Source: Armatimonadota bacterium
Lineage (GTDB): Bacteria > Armatimonadota > SYMT01
NCBI GenBank assembly: GCA_046292385.1
Contig: JBKBRF010000028.1
Location: forward strand, 1 to 64,000
Reading direction: 5' to 3'
DNA: 64,000 nucleotides
The notes beneath the pieces were generated by a model. That model did no database searches. It saw only the letters and a list, made by a program, of their open reading frames with translations, and was not told the DNA's origin. The first letter of the stretch is position 1. Every line of letters begins with the position of its first letter. A program made the translations under genes and the position numbers. This document shows, piece by piece, positions 17,185-26,523 of the stretch.

Positions 17185-18405
17185 ATGTCCGCACTCATCC
17201 GGGAAAAGCTGGCCCAGGCGGCCGGGCTCGTCGCCGCGTCGGGAGTCGACGCGTGGCTGACGTTCGACCGGGAGACGGCGGACGGGGGTGACCCGGTGCT
17301 GCCGCTCATCCTGGAAGGCGGGCTCACCTGGCAGAGCGCGCTGCTGGTGACGCGCACCGGGCGGAGGATCGCCCTCGTCGGGTCGTACGACGCCGATCCG
17401 CTCCGCGCCTGCGGCGACTGGGATGAGGTGCTCCCCTACGTGGAGGGGATCCGCGAGCCGCTCTTGCGGGTGCTGGACGAGGCGACACGCGGGCGGCTGG
17501 AGCGGCCGCGGCTCGCCGTCAACTTCTCGACGGACGACGTGAAGGCGGACGGCCTCTCCCACGGGATGTTCCTGCTGCTGGAGGGGATGCTCCGCGGCAC
17601 CCGGTTCGAGGGGACCCTGGAGAGCGCGCAGGAGATCGTGACGGCGCTGCGCTCCCGCAAGACCCCCGCCGAGATCGCGCGGATGCGCGGCGCCATCCGG
17701 GAGACGGAGCGGATCTTCGCGGAGGTACCGGCTCTCGCGGCGCGCGGAGGGTCGGAGCGGGAGCTGTTCGAGGCGATCCAGGCGCGGGTCGACTCCCGCG
17801 GCCTCGGCTACGGCTGGGACCGCGCGGGAAACCCGATCGTCAACAGCGGTCCGCACTCGATGCTCGGGCACGGCGTGCCGTCCGCGGAGATCCGGATCGA
17901 GCCGGGGCACGTGCTGCACCTCGACCTCGGCGTGATCTCGGCGGGCTACAGCTCGGATATCCAGCGCTGCTGGTACGTCGCGGCGCCCGGGGAGACCGAC
18001 ATCCCTCCTGAGGTGACCCGGGCGCTGGAGGCGGTGACCGGCGCCATCACCGCGGGCTCGGACGCGCTGCGTCCGGGAGTGCCGGGGTGGCGAGTCGACG
18101 CCGCCGCGCGCGACTTCCTGCTGGCGCAGGGGTACCCGGACTTCCAGCACGCCTTCGGGCACCAGGTCGGCCGCGCGGCGCACGACGGCGGCGCGATCCT
18201 GGGGCCGCACTGGGAGCGGTACGGCCGCACGCCGCACCTGCCCGCGGAGCCGGGCCACGTCTACACCCTGGAGCTCGGCGTGGTGGTGCCGGGCCGGGGC
18301 TATCTGGGCGTGGAAGAGATGGTCCGCGTCACCGACACCGGAATCGAGTGGCTGACCGAGCGCCAGCTCGAGCTGCCGGTGATCGTCTCGGAGTGGCAAC
18401 GATGA
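17185..18405 (+). CDS. M24 (Xaa-Pro) aminopeptidase family protein
   Basis: KTPAEI, HLDLGV..YSSDIQR, HAFGHQVGRAAHD, TLELG, GVEEMVRVT metal ligands. Confidence 0.9.
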   Translation: MSALIREKLAQAAGLVAASGVDAWLTFDRETADGGDPVLPLILEGGLTWQSALLVTRTGRRIALVGSYDADPLRACGDWDEVLPYVEGIREPLLRVLDEATRGRLERPRLAVNFSTDDVKADGLSHGMFLLLEGMLRGTRFEGTLESAQEIVTALRSRKTPAEIARMRGAIRETERIFAEVPALAARGGSERELFEAIQARVDSRGLGYGWDRAGNPIVNSGPHSMLGHGVPSAEIRIEPGHVLHLDLGVISAGYSSDIQRCWYVAAPGETDIPPEVTRALEAVTGAITAGSDALRPGVPGWRVDAAARDFLLAQGYPDFQHAFGHQVGRAAHDGGAILGPHWERYGRTPHLPAEPGHVYTLELGVVVPGRGYLGVEEMVRVTDTGIEWLTERQLELPVIVSEWQR

Positions 18406-19361
18406 ACCGGATCGCAACCTACCTCACGGGCCTGGCGGCGCTCACCCTGGCCGCGTCGCCCGCCCTCTCCGCCCGGGAGGCGCGGCCGTTGACGCTGCGG
18501 GACGCCTCGCCCGCGGAGGCGGCGCGGGAGCTGGGGAGGGCGCTCGGGACGGCGGTCGAGATCCGGGGCGGCGCCCGCCGCACGCTCAGCCTGGAGCTGC
18601 CCGGCGGCGCTCCCTCGCGCACGCTCGCCGCGTTCACCGCCCGGCTCGGCGGTACCTGGAAGCCGAAGCTGGTGGTGCGCGCGGGACGGATGGAGCAGCC
18701 GGAGGAGTCGCCGGAGCTGGAGAAGACGCTGGCCATTGGATTCCAGGACGTCAGCGCCGCCCGCGCCTTCGCCACCGTGGCACGGGAGCTGAAGGCGGAG
18801 CTGGAGCTGCGGGACGAGCTGGAGGTGCCGGTCTCGCTGGTGGCGGTCAACGTGCCGGCGCACGTGGTGCTCGACCGCCTCTGCGCCGCCGTCGAGGCGA
18901 GCTGGTCGTTGGTCTACGTCATCGAGCTGCCGGACGCGCCCGTGCCGCCGGTGGTGCCGCGCGTGGAGCCGGAGCCGGCGCCGGTGGAGACTCCCCGCGC
19001 GGAGCCGGAGAAGCCGGCGCCGCCACCCGGCACAGCCCCGGAGACGCCGAAGCCGAGGGAGCCGGAGCCGCCCGCGGTGACCCCGCTCGTGCTGCGGAAT
19101 GCGCTGCGGGAGGCGCTGAAGCGGGTCGTGATCGCCGCGCCCGACGCGCGCCCGGAGGCGGTGCGGGAGTTCGGGCGCTTCGGGGAGGAGCTGGTGAAGC
19201 ACCTCGACGCGATGCCCGCGGCGCAGCGGCGCGACTGTGTCCGCTTCCTCCTCCCCGCCGTTACCCCCTGGCGGCGCCTCTACGCCGGCCTCGCCCCCAC
19301 GGTGAAGGAGCAGCTCTCCCCGGTGACGGAGCTGCTGGACCGCCACATCCCGCTCCGCTGA
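18402..19361 (+). CDS. hypothetical secreted protein with Pro-rich linker
   Basis: ATGA overlap with the peptidase stop; signal peptide; two similar N-terminal modules. Confidence 0.7.
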   Translation: MNRIATYLTGLAALTLAASPALSAREARPLTLRDASPAEAARELGRALGTAVEIRGGARRTLSLELPGGAPSRTLAAFTARLGGTWKPKLVVRAGRMEQPEESPELEKTLAIGFQDVSAARAFATVARELKAELELRDELEVPVSLVAVNVPAHVVLDRLCAAVEASWSLVYVIELPDAPVPPVVPRVEPEPAPVETPRAEPEKPAPPPGTAPETPKPREPEPPAVTPLVLRNALREALKRVVIAAPDARPEAVREFGRFGEELVKHLDAMPAAQRRDCVRFLLPAVTPWRRLYAGLAPTVKEQLSPVTELLDRHIPLR

Positions 19362-19445
19362 GAAGCGCGTCACGCCGGAAGCAGTGATCCGGCGGCTCCA
19401 TCTCGAACAGGGGGACGAGCGCACTGGTGGGCTCTCCCGTTCGAG

Positions 19446-20372
19446 ATGGAAACGCGCATGAAGCTGCTGACCTTCGCCCTCTCCCTCGCTTCCGTTCTGA
19501 TCCTGGCCGGCGCCGCGCGCGCCGAGGAGCCGCAGACGCTGCAGGTCTGGCCGGGCCGCCCGCCGGGTGAGACGGCGGAGCTGGAGCCGGAGCGAGACCT
19601 CACGAAAGATTCGGATAACCAGGTTGCCGGCCGGCGGCTGATCCGCCTCGGCAACGTCTCCACGCCTACCCTGACCCTCTACCGCCCGCCGAAGGAGAAG
19701 GACACCGGTGCCTCGGTGGTGATTGCCCCGGGCGGCGCTTACCACATCCTGGCGCTCGACCTGGAGGGCGAAGAGGTGGCGGAGTGGCTGAACGGCCTCG
19801 GCGTGACCGGCATCGTCCTGAAGTACCGCGTGCCGCGCCGCCCCGGGCAGCCGGGCGACCAGCCCCCGATCGGCCCGCTGCAGGACGCCCAGCGGGCGGT
19901 CAGCCTGGTGCGCAGCAAGGCGAAGGAGTGGAATCTCGACCCCAACCGCATCGGCATGCTCGGCTTCTCCGCGGGCGGCCACCTCGCCGCGGCGGCGGGG
20001 ACAAGCTGGGACAAGCGCGCCTACGATGCGGTTGACGACGTCGACAAGGTCTCCTGCCGGCCCGACTTCCTGGTGCTGATCTACCCGGCCTACCTCACCA
20101 ACCGGGAGGGGACGGCGCTCCGGGAGGACATCCGCGTGAGTAAGGAGACCCCGCGCACCTTCCTGGCGCACGCCGCGGACGATCCGGTCACCGTCTTCAG
20201 CAGCATCGAGTTCTTCCGCGCGCTGAAGCAAGCGGGCGTGCCGGCGGACCTCCACGTCTATTCCACCGGCGGCCACGGCTACGGCCTCCGCAAGACAGAG
20301 GAGCCGGTCACCACCTGGCCCGCCCGCTGCGAGGAGTGGATGCGCAAGGCGGGACTGCTGAAGAAGAACTGA
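19446..20372 (+). CDS. secreted alpha/beta hydrolase (esterase, BD-FAE-like)
   Basis: PGGAY, LQDAQRA, GFSAGGHL nucleophile elbow, RPDFLVLIYP, GGHGYG. Confidence 0.9.
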   Translation: METRMKLLTFALSLASVLILAGAARAEEPQTLQVWPGRPPGETAELEPERDLTKDSDNQVAGRRLIRLGNVSTPTLTLYRPPKEKDTGASVVIAPGGAYHILALDLEGEEVAEWLNGLGVTGIVLKYRVPRRPGQPGDQPPIGPLQDAQRAVSLVRSKAKEWNLDPNRIGMLGFSAGGHLAAAAGTSWDKRAYDAVDDVDKVSCRPDFLVLIYPAYLTNREGTALREDIRVSKETPRTFLAHAADDPVTVFSSIEFFRALKQAGVPADLHVYSTGGHGYGLRKTEEPVTTWPARCEEWMRKAGLLKKN

Positions 20373-20384
20373 GGGGGGAGGTCG

Positions 20385-20492
20385 AGGGATGAAGGATGAG
20401 GGATGAGGGATGAAGCCGGACCTTCCGCGCGCGGAGGGTCTTGCTCCTGCTCCTGCTCGCTGGCGACGCCCGGGGCTCCGGCACGTTCTCGT
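20385..20492 (+). repeat. GGGATGA composite repeat copy
   Basis: gagggatgaaggatgagggatgagggatgaagccggacc...cttgctcctgctcctgctcgctggcgac. Confidence 0.8.
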
Positions 20493-20611
20493 GAGCTCGA
20501 GCGCCGCAGGGTGACTGCCGATACGGACGCCGGGCCCTGAAGGACCCGGCTGTCTCTTTCCTCTGGAAGCACCCTGAAGGGCGCTGAGAGGGGACGGCCT
20601 CTTGCCGGTGG

Positions 20612-20650
20612 GTTCTCCCACTCTCCCATGCGCCCACTCCCCTACTCAGT
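20612..20650 (-). repeat. GAGTGGG-type repeat after the radical SAM stop
   Basis: minus strand reads ctgagtaggggagtgggcgcatgggagagtgggaga. Confidence 0.8.
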
Positions 20651-20653
20651 CCG

Positions 20654-21790
20654 TCAATCGTGCCGGAAATAGGCGCAGCAGCGGGCGCAGACGGGGTACG
20701 GGCCGGCGCCGGCGAGGCGCTGGCGGTGGGCGCGGAACGAGTCGCTGTTCCAGATCTCCTCGAAGCTCTGCTCCCGCAGGTTGCCGCAAACCAGCTCGAA
20801 GCAGGGGGAGACGTCGCCATTGGGGAGGATGTCGGTACTGATCCAGGCGCAGTCCGGGGTGCGCTGGAGCACGAACCGCTCCGGCTCCGCGTAGTAGATG
20901 CGAAGCTGCTCCCGGTCGAGCTCCGGATAGAAGTGGATCGGCAGGCCGAAGTCTTCCCGCCGCAGCCGCTGCATCGTTTCGAAGAGCGCGTCGGTGTCGA
21001 TCCCCTCGGTGGCGGTGCCGCCGATCCGCCCGTACTCCAGCGGGAAGCAGTCGCCCCAGCGGGCGTTGTGGGCGTCGACCATCTGCCGCGTCAGGAACCA
21101 GAAGTGCTGGAAGTTGAGCGCCAGCGCCCCGAACTCCCGCGCCAGCCGGGCGACCTCCGCCGCGCTCTCGTAGGTGTGCCCGGTGAGGGCGGCGTTGATC
21201 AGCAGCTCGGGAGAGGCGCTCCGGCGGGCATCCCGCAGCTCCAGCAGCCGCCGCGCTCCCCGGCGGGCGCGCTCGAAGGTCCCTTCCACGCCGCGCACGG
21301 CGTCGTGGACCTCCCGCGGGCCGTCGAGGGAGAGGATCACCAGGTCGGGCGGCGCCGGGGCCAGCTCCTCGGCGCGCCGTTCCAGCAGCGTGCCGTTGGT
21401 GGTGAGGACGCAGATCATCCCGCGCTGCTTGACGCGGGCGATCAGCTCCGGCAGGTGCGGGTAGATCAGCGGCTCGCCGCCGGTGAGGCAGACGTAGGGG
21501 CGGTACGGCGCCAGCTCGTCGATGATGCGCAGCCAGTCGTCCCGCTCCAGCCAGTCCCGCTTGCCGAAGACGTCGCCGTTCGCCACGAAGCGGCAGAACT
21601 CGCAGCGGAGGTTGCAGCGGAGGGTCGGCTTGAGCGAGACGAACCGGGGCGCGCGGCTCCGCCCGTCCGCCCGCCGGCGCTCCAGCGGCAGCGTGGCGGA
21701 GCGGAGCCGGTTGCGCACGTACCAGACGATCAGCTCCGGGTGCTGCGCGGCGATGCGCGCCCCGGCCCGCGCCCAATTCCGAAGGACCAC
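20654..21790 (-). CDS. radical SAM protein with SPASM/twitch domain
   Basis: CNLRCEFC, TGGEPL, TTNGTLL, SLDG..HDAVRG; C..W..ILPNGDVSPC..GNL..CARCC; start uncertain. Confidence 0.9.
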   Translation of the reverse strand: MVLRNWARAGARIAAQHPELIVWYVRNRLRSATLPLERRRADGRSRAPRFVSLKPTLRCNLRCEFCRFVANGDVFGKRDWLERDDWLRIIDELAPYRPYVCLTGGEPLIYPHLPELIARVKQRGMICVLTTNGTLLERRAEELAPAPPDLVILSLDGPREVHDAVRGVEGTFERARRGARRLLELRDARRSASPELLINAALTGHTYESAAEVARLAREFGALALNFQHFWFLTRQMVDAHNARWGDCFPLEYGRIGGTATEGIDTDALFETMQRLRREDFGLPIHFYPELDREQLRIYYAEPERFVLQRTPDCAWISTDILPNGDVSPCFELVCGNLREQSFEEIWNSDSFRAHRQRLAGAGPYPVCARCCAYFRHD

Positions 21791-21844
21791 TGAGCCTGCT
21801 TTTCGGAGAGTCGGTTCGAGAGTGGGTGCCGTGTGATTCCGAAC

Positions 21845-21948
21845 CAGAGTAAGAGTAGGAGTAAGAGAACGAGTAGGAGTAGTTGTGCACGGGTGGCGCC
21901 GCCGGCCCGGCACAGACCTACACCCTAAACGCTACCCCTTACACCCTA
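21845..21948 (-). repeat. GGGTGTA arm after the phosphatase stop and CTCCTA hexamers before the radical SAM start
   Basis: minus strand reads tagggtgtaaggggtagcgtttagggtgtaggtctgtg ... ctactcctactcgttctcttactcctactctt. Confidence 0.75.
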
Positions 21949-23631
21949 ATCCGTCACCCCCGCCAACCCCGGCAGCAGCGGCTCTTCGGCGCCGGAGGGG
22001 CGAACCGTGCCTACCAGGTAGGCCAGGGTCGGCGCCAGGCAGGCGGGATTGACCGGCTTGCTGTAGACCCCGGGCCGCACCCCGAAGCCGCAGAGCAGCA
22101 TCGGCACGTGGGCGTCGTAGGCGAACGGGTTTCCGTGCGAGGTGCCGGTGCCGGTGGCGGCAGAGCCGGGCAGCCAGTGCGGATCCAGGACCACGATGAC
22201 GTCGCCGGAGCGACTGGGGTGGACCCCGCGCCCGATCCGCCGTCCGTACTCGGTGTTCGGGAGCGCGCCGGAGAGCGCGGCCTGGCGGCCGACGGCGAAG
22301 AAGACTCCCCGCACCGGCAGGACCGCTTCCGCGGCGATCTCCTGCGCGCGGCTGCGCGGCACCTGCGGGAACGCCGCCAACGCGCGCGGGCTGAAGTAGA
22401 GCTCGCCGTTCTCCGAGCTGGCGATCCAGTCGGCAGCGCCGATCTGCGCGTCGAGCGCCTTCTCCGCCGCGGCGGCGATGTCCCGCCCGATGGCGCGGGA
22501 GGCCGGCACGCCCGACTTCGCCTGCAGCTCCGGCACGCTCGCCACGCCGTGGTCCGCGGAGAGGGCGAAGGTGACGCGGGAGAGGCCGCCGGGGACCGCG
22601 CGGTTCAGGAAGCGGAGGAACTCGGCGAGCATGCGGTCGGTCTGGACGGAGATGTCGAGCACCTCGGCGCTGTCCGGGCCGAACCGGTGTCCCACGTAGT
22701 CGTTGCAGGCGAGGTTCAGGCTCAGGATGTCCGGGATCTCGTCCTGCCCGAGCTGTTCCGCCTTCACCGCCTCCCGCGCGCTCTGGAAGACGTAGTCGTT
22801 GCCCGCGGGGCTCACCGTGAACGGCCCATAGCTGCTGCCGCCGAGGTTGTGGCTGAAGGTCGGCGCCTTACCGTCGGTCGGCCAGACCCGGCGCAGGGCG
22901 GCGGAGTCGACCGAGGGAACCCACGGCTCGCGGCGCAGGGAGTCCGGCAGCTTGCGGTCGTTCAGGGCGGTCACCCACCCCGGCAGGCGCCCGCTCGGGC
23001 AGTAGGCGGAGCTCGAGATCCAGGCGCCGGTGTCCTCATCGAACCAGAGCACCGTATCGGCGCGGTGCCCCGCCAGGAGGATCGAGCCGCGGTCCTTGAG
23101 GGAGAGCGCGACCGTTTTCGACCGCCCGCCGGTCGCCAGCTCCAGCTCGTCGCCGACGGTGGTCGTCAGCAGGTTCGCGGCCGACATCGGCGTCTCGCGG
23201 CTGCCGGGGAGCGCGCCGACCACCTTGCTGTTCGGGTCGTCGACGCAGTAGACCGACTTCCCGGTCTGGGCGTTCCACCAGGCGTTGCCGACGATGCCGC
23301 TCAGGCCCGGCTGCGCGCCGGTGCCAAGGGTGGCGTGGCCGGGGCCGGTGGCGGTGCGATGGTAGGCGAAGCGGCAGTCCGGATACCAGGCGCCGCGGCT
23401 CATCAGGTAGCGGAATCCGCCCACGCCGTCCCGGCTTTTCGGCGGCAGGTAGAGATCGCCGAAGCGCTGGAGGTAGTCGGCGCGGAACTGGTCGATCGAG
23501 AGCACCACCACCAGGCGGGGACGCTCGACCGCGGCGTCGGCACTCCAGGCCGGTGCGGTGGGGGTACCGGCCAGAGCACAGGCCACAGCGCCGGCGAGCG
23601 CGAGGAGGGGACGGGTGAGGCGGGAGAACAT
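21946..23631 (-). CDS. secreted alkaline phosphatase superfamily protein (PafA-like)
   Basis: VVVLSIDQFRADYL, TATGPGHAT (Thr nucleophile), SLKDR, DYVGHRFGP, SADHG, TSHG..YDAHVP. Confidence 0.9.
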   Translation of the reverse strand: MFSRLTRPLLALAGAVACALAGTPTAPAWSADAAVERPRLVVVLSIDQFRADYLQRFGDLYLPPKSRDGVGGFRYLMSRGAWYPDCRFAYHRTATGPGHATLGTGAQPGLSGIVGNAWWNAQTGKSVYCVDDPNSKVVGALPGSRETPMSAANLLTTTVGDELELATGGRSKTVALSLKDRGSILLAGHRADTVLWFDEDTGAWISSSAYCPSGRLPGWVTALNDRKLPDSLRREPWVPSVDSAALRRVWPTDGKAPTFSHNLGGSSYGPFTVSPAGNDYVFQSAREAVKAEQLGQDEIPDILSLNLACNDYVGHRFGPDSAEVLDISVQTDRMLAEFLRFLNRAVPGGLSRVTFALSADHGVASVPELQAKSGVPASRAIGRDIAAAAEKALDAQIGAADWIASSENGELYFSPRALAAFPQVPRSRAQEIAAEAVLPVRGVFFAVGRQAALSGALPNTEYGRRIGRGVHPSRSGDVIVVLDPHWLPGSAATGTGTSHGNPFAYDAHVPMLLCGFGVRPGVYSKPVNPACLAPTLAYLVGTVRPSGAEEPLLPGLAGVTD

Positions 23632-23781
23632 GAGAGCGGGAATTCCTTCGCGGGCGGAAGGCTCCGTCGGAGCCAGGGTTACCCCAGGGATTAGTCTACC
23701 GTCCGGCCGCCGCGAAAGGCTTAAAACCAACTGAATCGCCCGGGAAGCAAGCGTGAACGGTGGGGAGACCGGCAACGAGAG

Positions 23782-25059
23782 ATGGAACTCGACCTGAGCG
23801 AGGTGGGAGCGGCGAGGTGGGACCGGAACGATCCGCTGGCGGTGTTCCGGGAGCGGTTCTGCGTGCCGCCGGAGACGATCTACCTCGACGGCAACTCCCT
23901 GGGACTGCTTGCGCGCGAGGCGGAGACGAGCCTGCGGCGGGTGATGGACGAGTGGCGCGCGCTGGCGGTGGACGGGTGGACCGAGGCCGGCCCGCCCTGG
24001 TTCGGCCTGGCGGAGCGGCTGGCGGAGGAAATGGCGCCGCTGGTGGGCGCGGAACCGGGCGAGGTGGCGGTGACCGGCTCCACCACGGGGAACCTGCACC
24101 AGCTTCTCGCCACGCTCTATCGGCCGGCGGGAGCCCGGCGAAAGATCCTGATCGACGCGCTCGCCTTTCCCTCGGACGTCTACGCGGTGGAGAGCCACCT
24201 GCGGCTGCGCGGCCTCGATCCGGCGGAGGCGCTGGTGAAGGTGCCGAGCCGGGACGGGCTGACGCTCGACGAGGGTGAGATCCTCGACCACCTGACCTCG
24301 GAGGTGCAGACGGCGGTGCTCCCTTCGGTGCTCTTCACGAGCGGGCAGCTCCTCGACCTGCCGCGCCTCGCCGCGGCGGCGCGCGAGCGCGGGGTGCTGC
24401 TGGGGCTCGACTGCTCCCACTCCGCCGGGGTGGTCCCCCACCGGCTGCACGAGTGGGGCGTCGACTTCGCCTTCTGGTGCGGCTACAAGTACCTGAACGG
24501 AGGCCCCGGCGCGGCGGCGGCGCTCTTCCTGCACCGGCGCTATCACGGCCGCGCGCCGGGCCTGGCCGGCTGGTGGGGCTCCGATAAGAGCCGCCAGTTC
24601 GACATGGCGTCCACCTTCACCCCGGCGGCGGACGCCGGCGCGCTGCAGATCGGGACGCCGCACCTCCTGAGCCTCGCCCCGCTGGAAGGCGCGCTCCGGA
24701 TCACCCGGGAGGCGGGGCTCGAGCGGATCCGGGAGAAGTCGCTCCGGCTCACGGCCTACCTGATCGCGCTGGCCGACGCGCACCTTTCGGAGTTGGGATT
24801 CCGGCTCGCCACGCCGCGCGAGGAGGCGCGCCGGGGCGGGCACGTGGCGCTGCGGCACCCGGAGGCGGCGCGGATCTGCAAGGCGCTGAAGGCGGCGCGC
24901 ATCGTCCCCGACTTCCGCCCGCCCAACCTGGTGCGGCTGGCGCCGGTGCCGCTCTACAATTCGTTCCAGGAGTGCCGGGCCGCGGTGCTGGCGCTGGAGC
25001 GGATCGTCCGCGAGCGCCGGTACGAGGCGTTTCCCGCCGGGCGCGGGCTGGTTGCGTAA
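23782..25059 (+). CDS. kynU: kynureninase
   Basis: YLDGNSLGL, FPSDVYA, DCSHSAG, WCGYKYLNGGPG (PLP Lys), RGGHV, DFRPPN. Confidence 0.95.
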   Translation: MELDLSEVGAARWDRNDPLAVFRERFCVPPETIYLDGNSLGLLAREAETSLRRVMDEWRALAVDGWTEAGPPWFGLAERLAEEMAPLVGAEPGEVAVTGSTTGNLHQLLATLYRPAGARRKILIDALAFPSDVYAVESHLRLRGLDPAEALVKVPSRDGLTLDEGEILDHLTSEVQTAVLPSVLFTSGQLLDLPRLAAAARERGVLLGLDCSHSAGVVPHRLHEWGVDFAFWCGYKYLNGGPGAAAALFLHRRYHGRAPGLAGWWGSDKSRQFDMASTFTPAADAGALQIGTPHLLSLAPLEGALRITREAGLERIREKSLRLTAYLIALADAHLSELGFRLATPREEARRGGHVALRHPEAARICKALKAARIVPDFRPPNLVRLAPVPLYNSFQECRAAVLALERIVRERRYEAFPAGRGLVA

Positions 25060-25064
25060 GAGCC

Positions 25065-25688
25065 ATGCAGATCCACGACATCTCCCGCGTGCTCCGGAAC
25101 GGGATGCCGGTCTGGCCCGGCGACACGCCGTACGAGTACGAGCGCACCTGGCAGATGGGACCCGAGACGCCGGTGAACGTCGGCGCCATCCGGTGCACGG
25201 TCCACGCCGGCGCGCACGTCGACGCGCCGCTCCACTTCCTGGCGGACGGCGCTTCTGCTGCCGAACTGCCGCTGGAGCCGTTCCTGGGGCCGGCGGTCGT
25301 GGCGGACCTCCGCGGCCGGGAGATCATCCGGATCGCCGACCTGGAGCCGCTCGACTTCAGCGCCGCTCCCCGCCTGCTCCTCCGCACTGACGCCTGGCCG
25401 GCGGGCGCGTCGTTCCCCGAGACGATCCCCGTAGTAGCGGAAGACGTCCCCGCCTTTCTCGCCGGGCGCGGCGTGCGGCTGCTGGGGGTCGACGTGCCGT
25501 CGGTCGACGCGATCGACAGCAAGACGCTGCCGAACCACCGCGCGCTCGCGGCGGGCGGGATCTGCATTCTGGAGTCGCTCGATCTCTCTCGCGTGGAGCC
25601 GGGGGTTTACGAGCTGATCGCGCTGCCGCTGCGGTTGGAGGGGGCGGACGGATCGCCCGTGCGGGCGGTGCTGCGGGCGCAGGGATAG
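25065..25688 (+). CDS. kynB: arylformamidase (kynurenine formamidase, cyclase family)
   Basis: VWPGDTP, HAGAHVDAPLH, GVDVPSVD, ILESL, ADGSPVRAVL; directly after kynU. Confidence 0.88.
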   Translation: MQIHDISRVLRNGMPVWPGDTPYEYERTWQMGPETPVNVGAIRCTVHAGAHVDAPLHFLADGASAAELPLEPFLGPAVVADLRGREIIRIADLEPLDFSAAPRLLLRTDAWPAGASFPETIPVVAEDVPAFLAGRGVRLLGVDVPSVDAIDSKTLPNHRALAAGGICILESLDLSRVEPGVYELIALPLRLEGADGSPVRAVLRAQG

Positions 25689-25810
25689 CGGGCGGGTTTC
25701 ACGAACGAAGCGGCGTGGCTCGCAGCGGAGCGGCTTCCTGCAACCCGATGGATCGTTTATCGGCCGTAGTGCGCTACCAGAACGTGGTCCGACCCCGAGC
25801 CCTAGTCGCC

Positions 25811-26045
25811 CGGATCGGCCCTCCCGCGACGGTGGCCCTCCGCGGCCTTTTCACGCTCCGCCTTCGGCTCCGCTAGCAGGCCGCTCCGGGAGTGCGGCCC
25901 GGGCAGCCGGTTTCCGCGTTTGGTAGATCGAGCCGCTTCGAAAAGGAAGTTCACGGGCCGATCCGCGCGCCGTCGAGCTACCACCCCTGGCACCCAGGGG
26001 TGGTCACAAGTGGCACCCTCCGGGTGCCTCGAGTGGGCGGCACGC
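25811..26045. repeat. structured ~250-nt dispersed repeat, copy B
   Basis: shares CCCTCCCGCGACGGT, CGGCCTTTTCAC, TAGCAGGCCGCT, CGGGAGTGC, TTCACGGGC and TCACArGTGGCrCCCT with 16806-17040. Confidence 0.75.
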
Positions 26046-26113
26046 GCCGCGCGTGGACTGAGCTCGAGCCGCCGAGTGCCAGCGGCACGTGGTACAAGGG
26101 AGACGCTGGAAAC

Positions 26114-26401
26114 ATGAGCAACACCGCCCGCATCCTTCGCAGCTCCCGCCGGGAGGCGCTCTTCACCGCGGCCGTCTGGATCCTGGCGTGCGGGTGGACG
26201 GTCGGCTACAGCGCCTTCGCGGGCTACCGCGCGGACCCGAATCCCCAGTTCGTGGCCGGGATGCCGGCGTGGGTGGCGTGGGGCATCGTGGCGCCGTGGG
26301 TGCTCTGCACCGTGGTCACCGTCTGGTACGCCTTCTTCGGGATCCGCGACGAGGACCTGGGAGAAGAGCACGCTCCCGGAGAGGGGCTCGCCGGGGAGTA
26401 G
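26114..26401 (+). CDS. YhdT/DUF997-family small membrane protein
   Basis: SRREA..W...W, GMPAWVAWGIVAPW and ..IRDEDLGE pattern; two TM segments. Confidence 0.75.
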   Translation: MSNTARILRSSRREALFTAAVWILACGWTVGYSAFAGYRADPNPQFVAGMPAWVAWGIVAPWVLCTVVTVWYAFFGIRDEDLGEEHAPGEGLAGE

Positions 26402-26523
26402 CGGCGCGGCGCCGGGGACTCAGAAACCCTAAACCCTTGTCGCGCCGGAACGTCCAAACGCTGTGTGGAGAGCGATGCCGCCGCACTCTCCCGGCCTCGC
26501 TCGTTCCCCGGAGACCTCTCACC

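Noticed and set aside
25696..25711. GTTTCACG as a parS site for the ParB
   Set aside because: Only a half-site; the palindromic TGAAAC half is missing.
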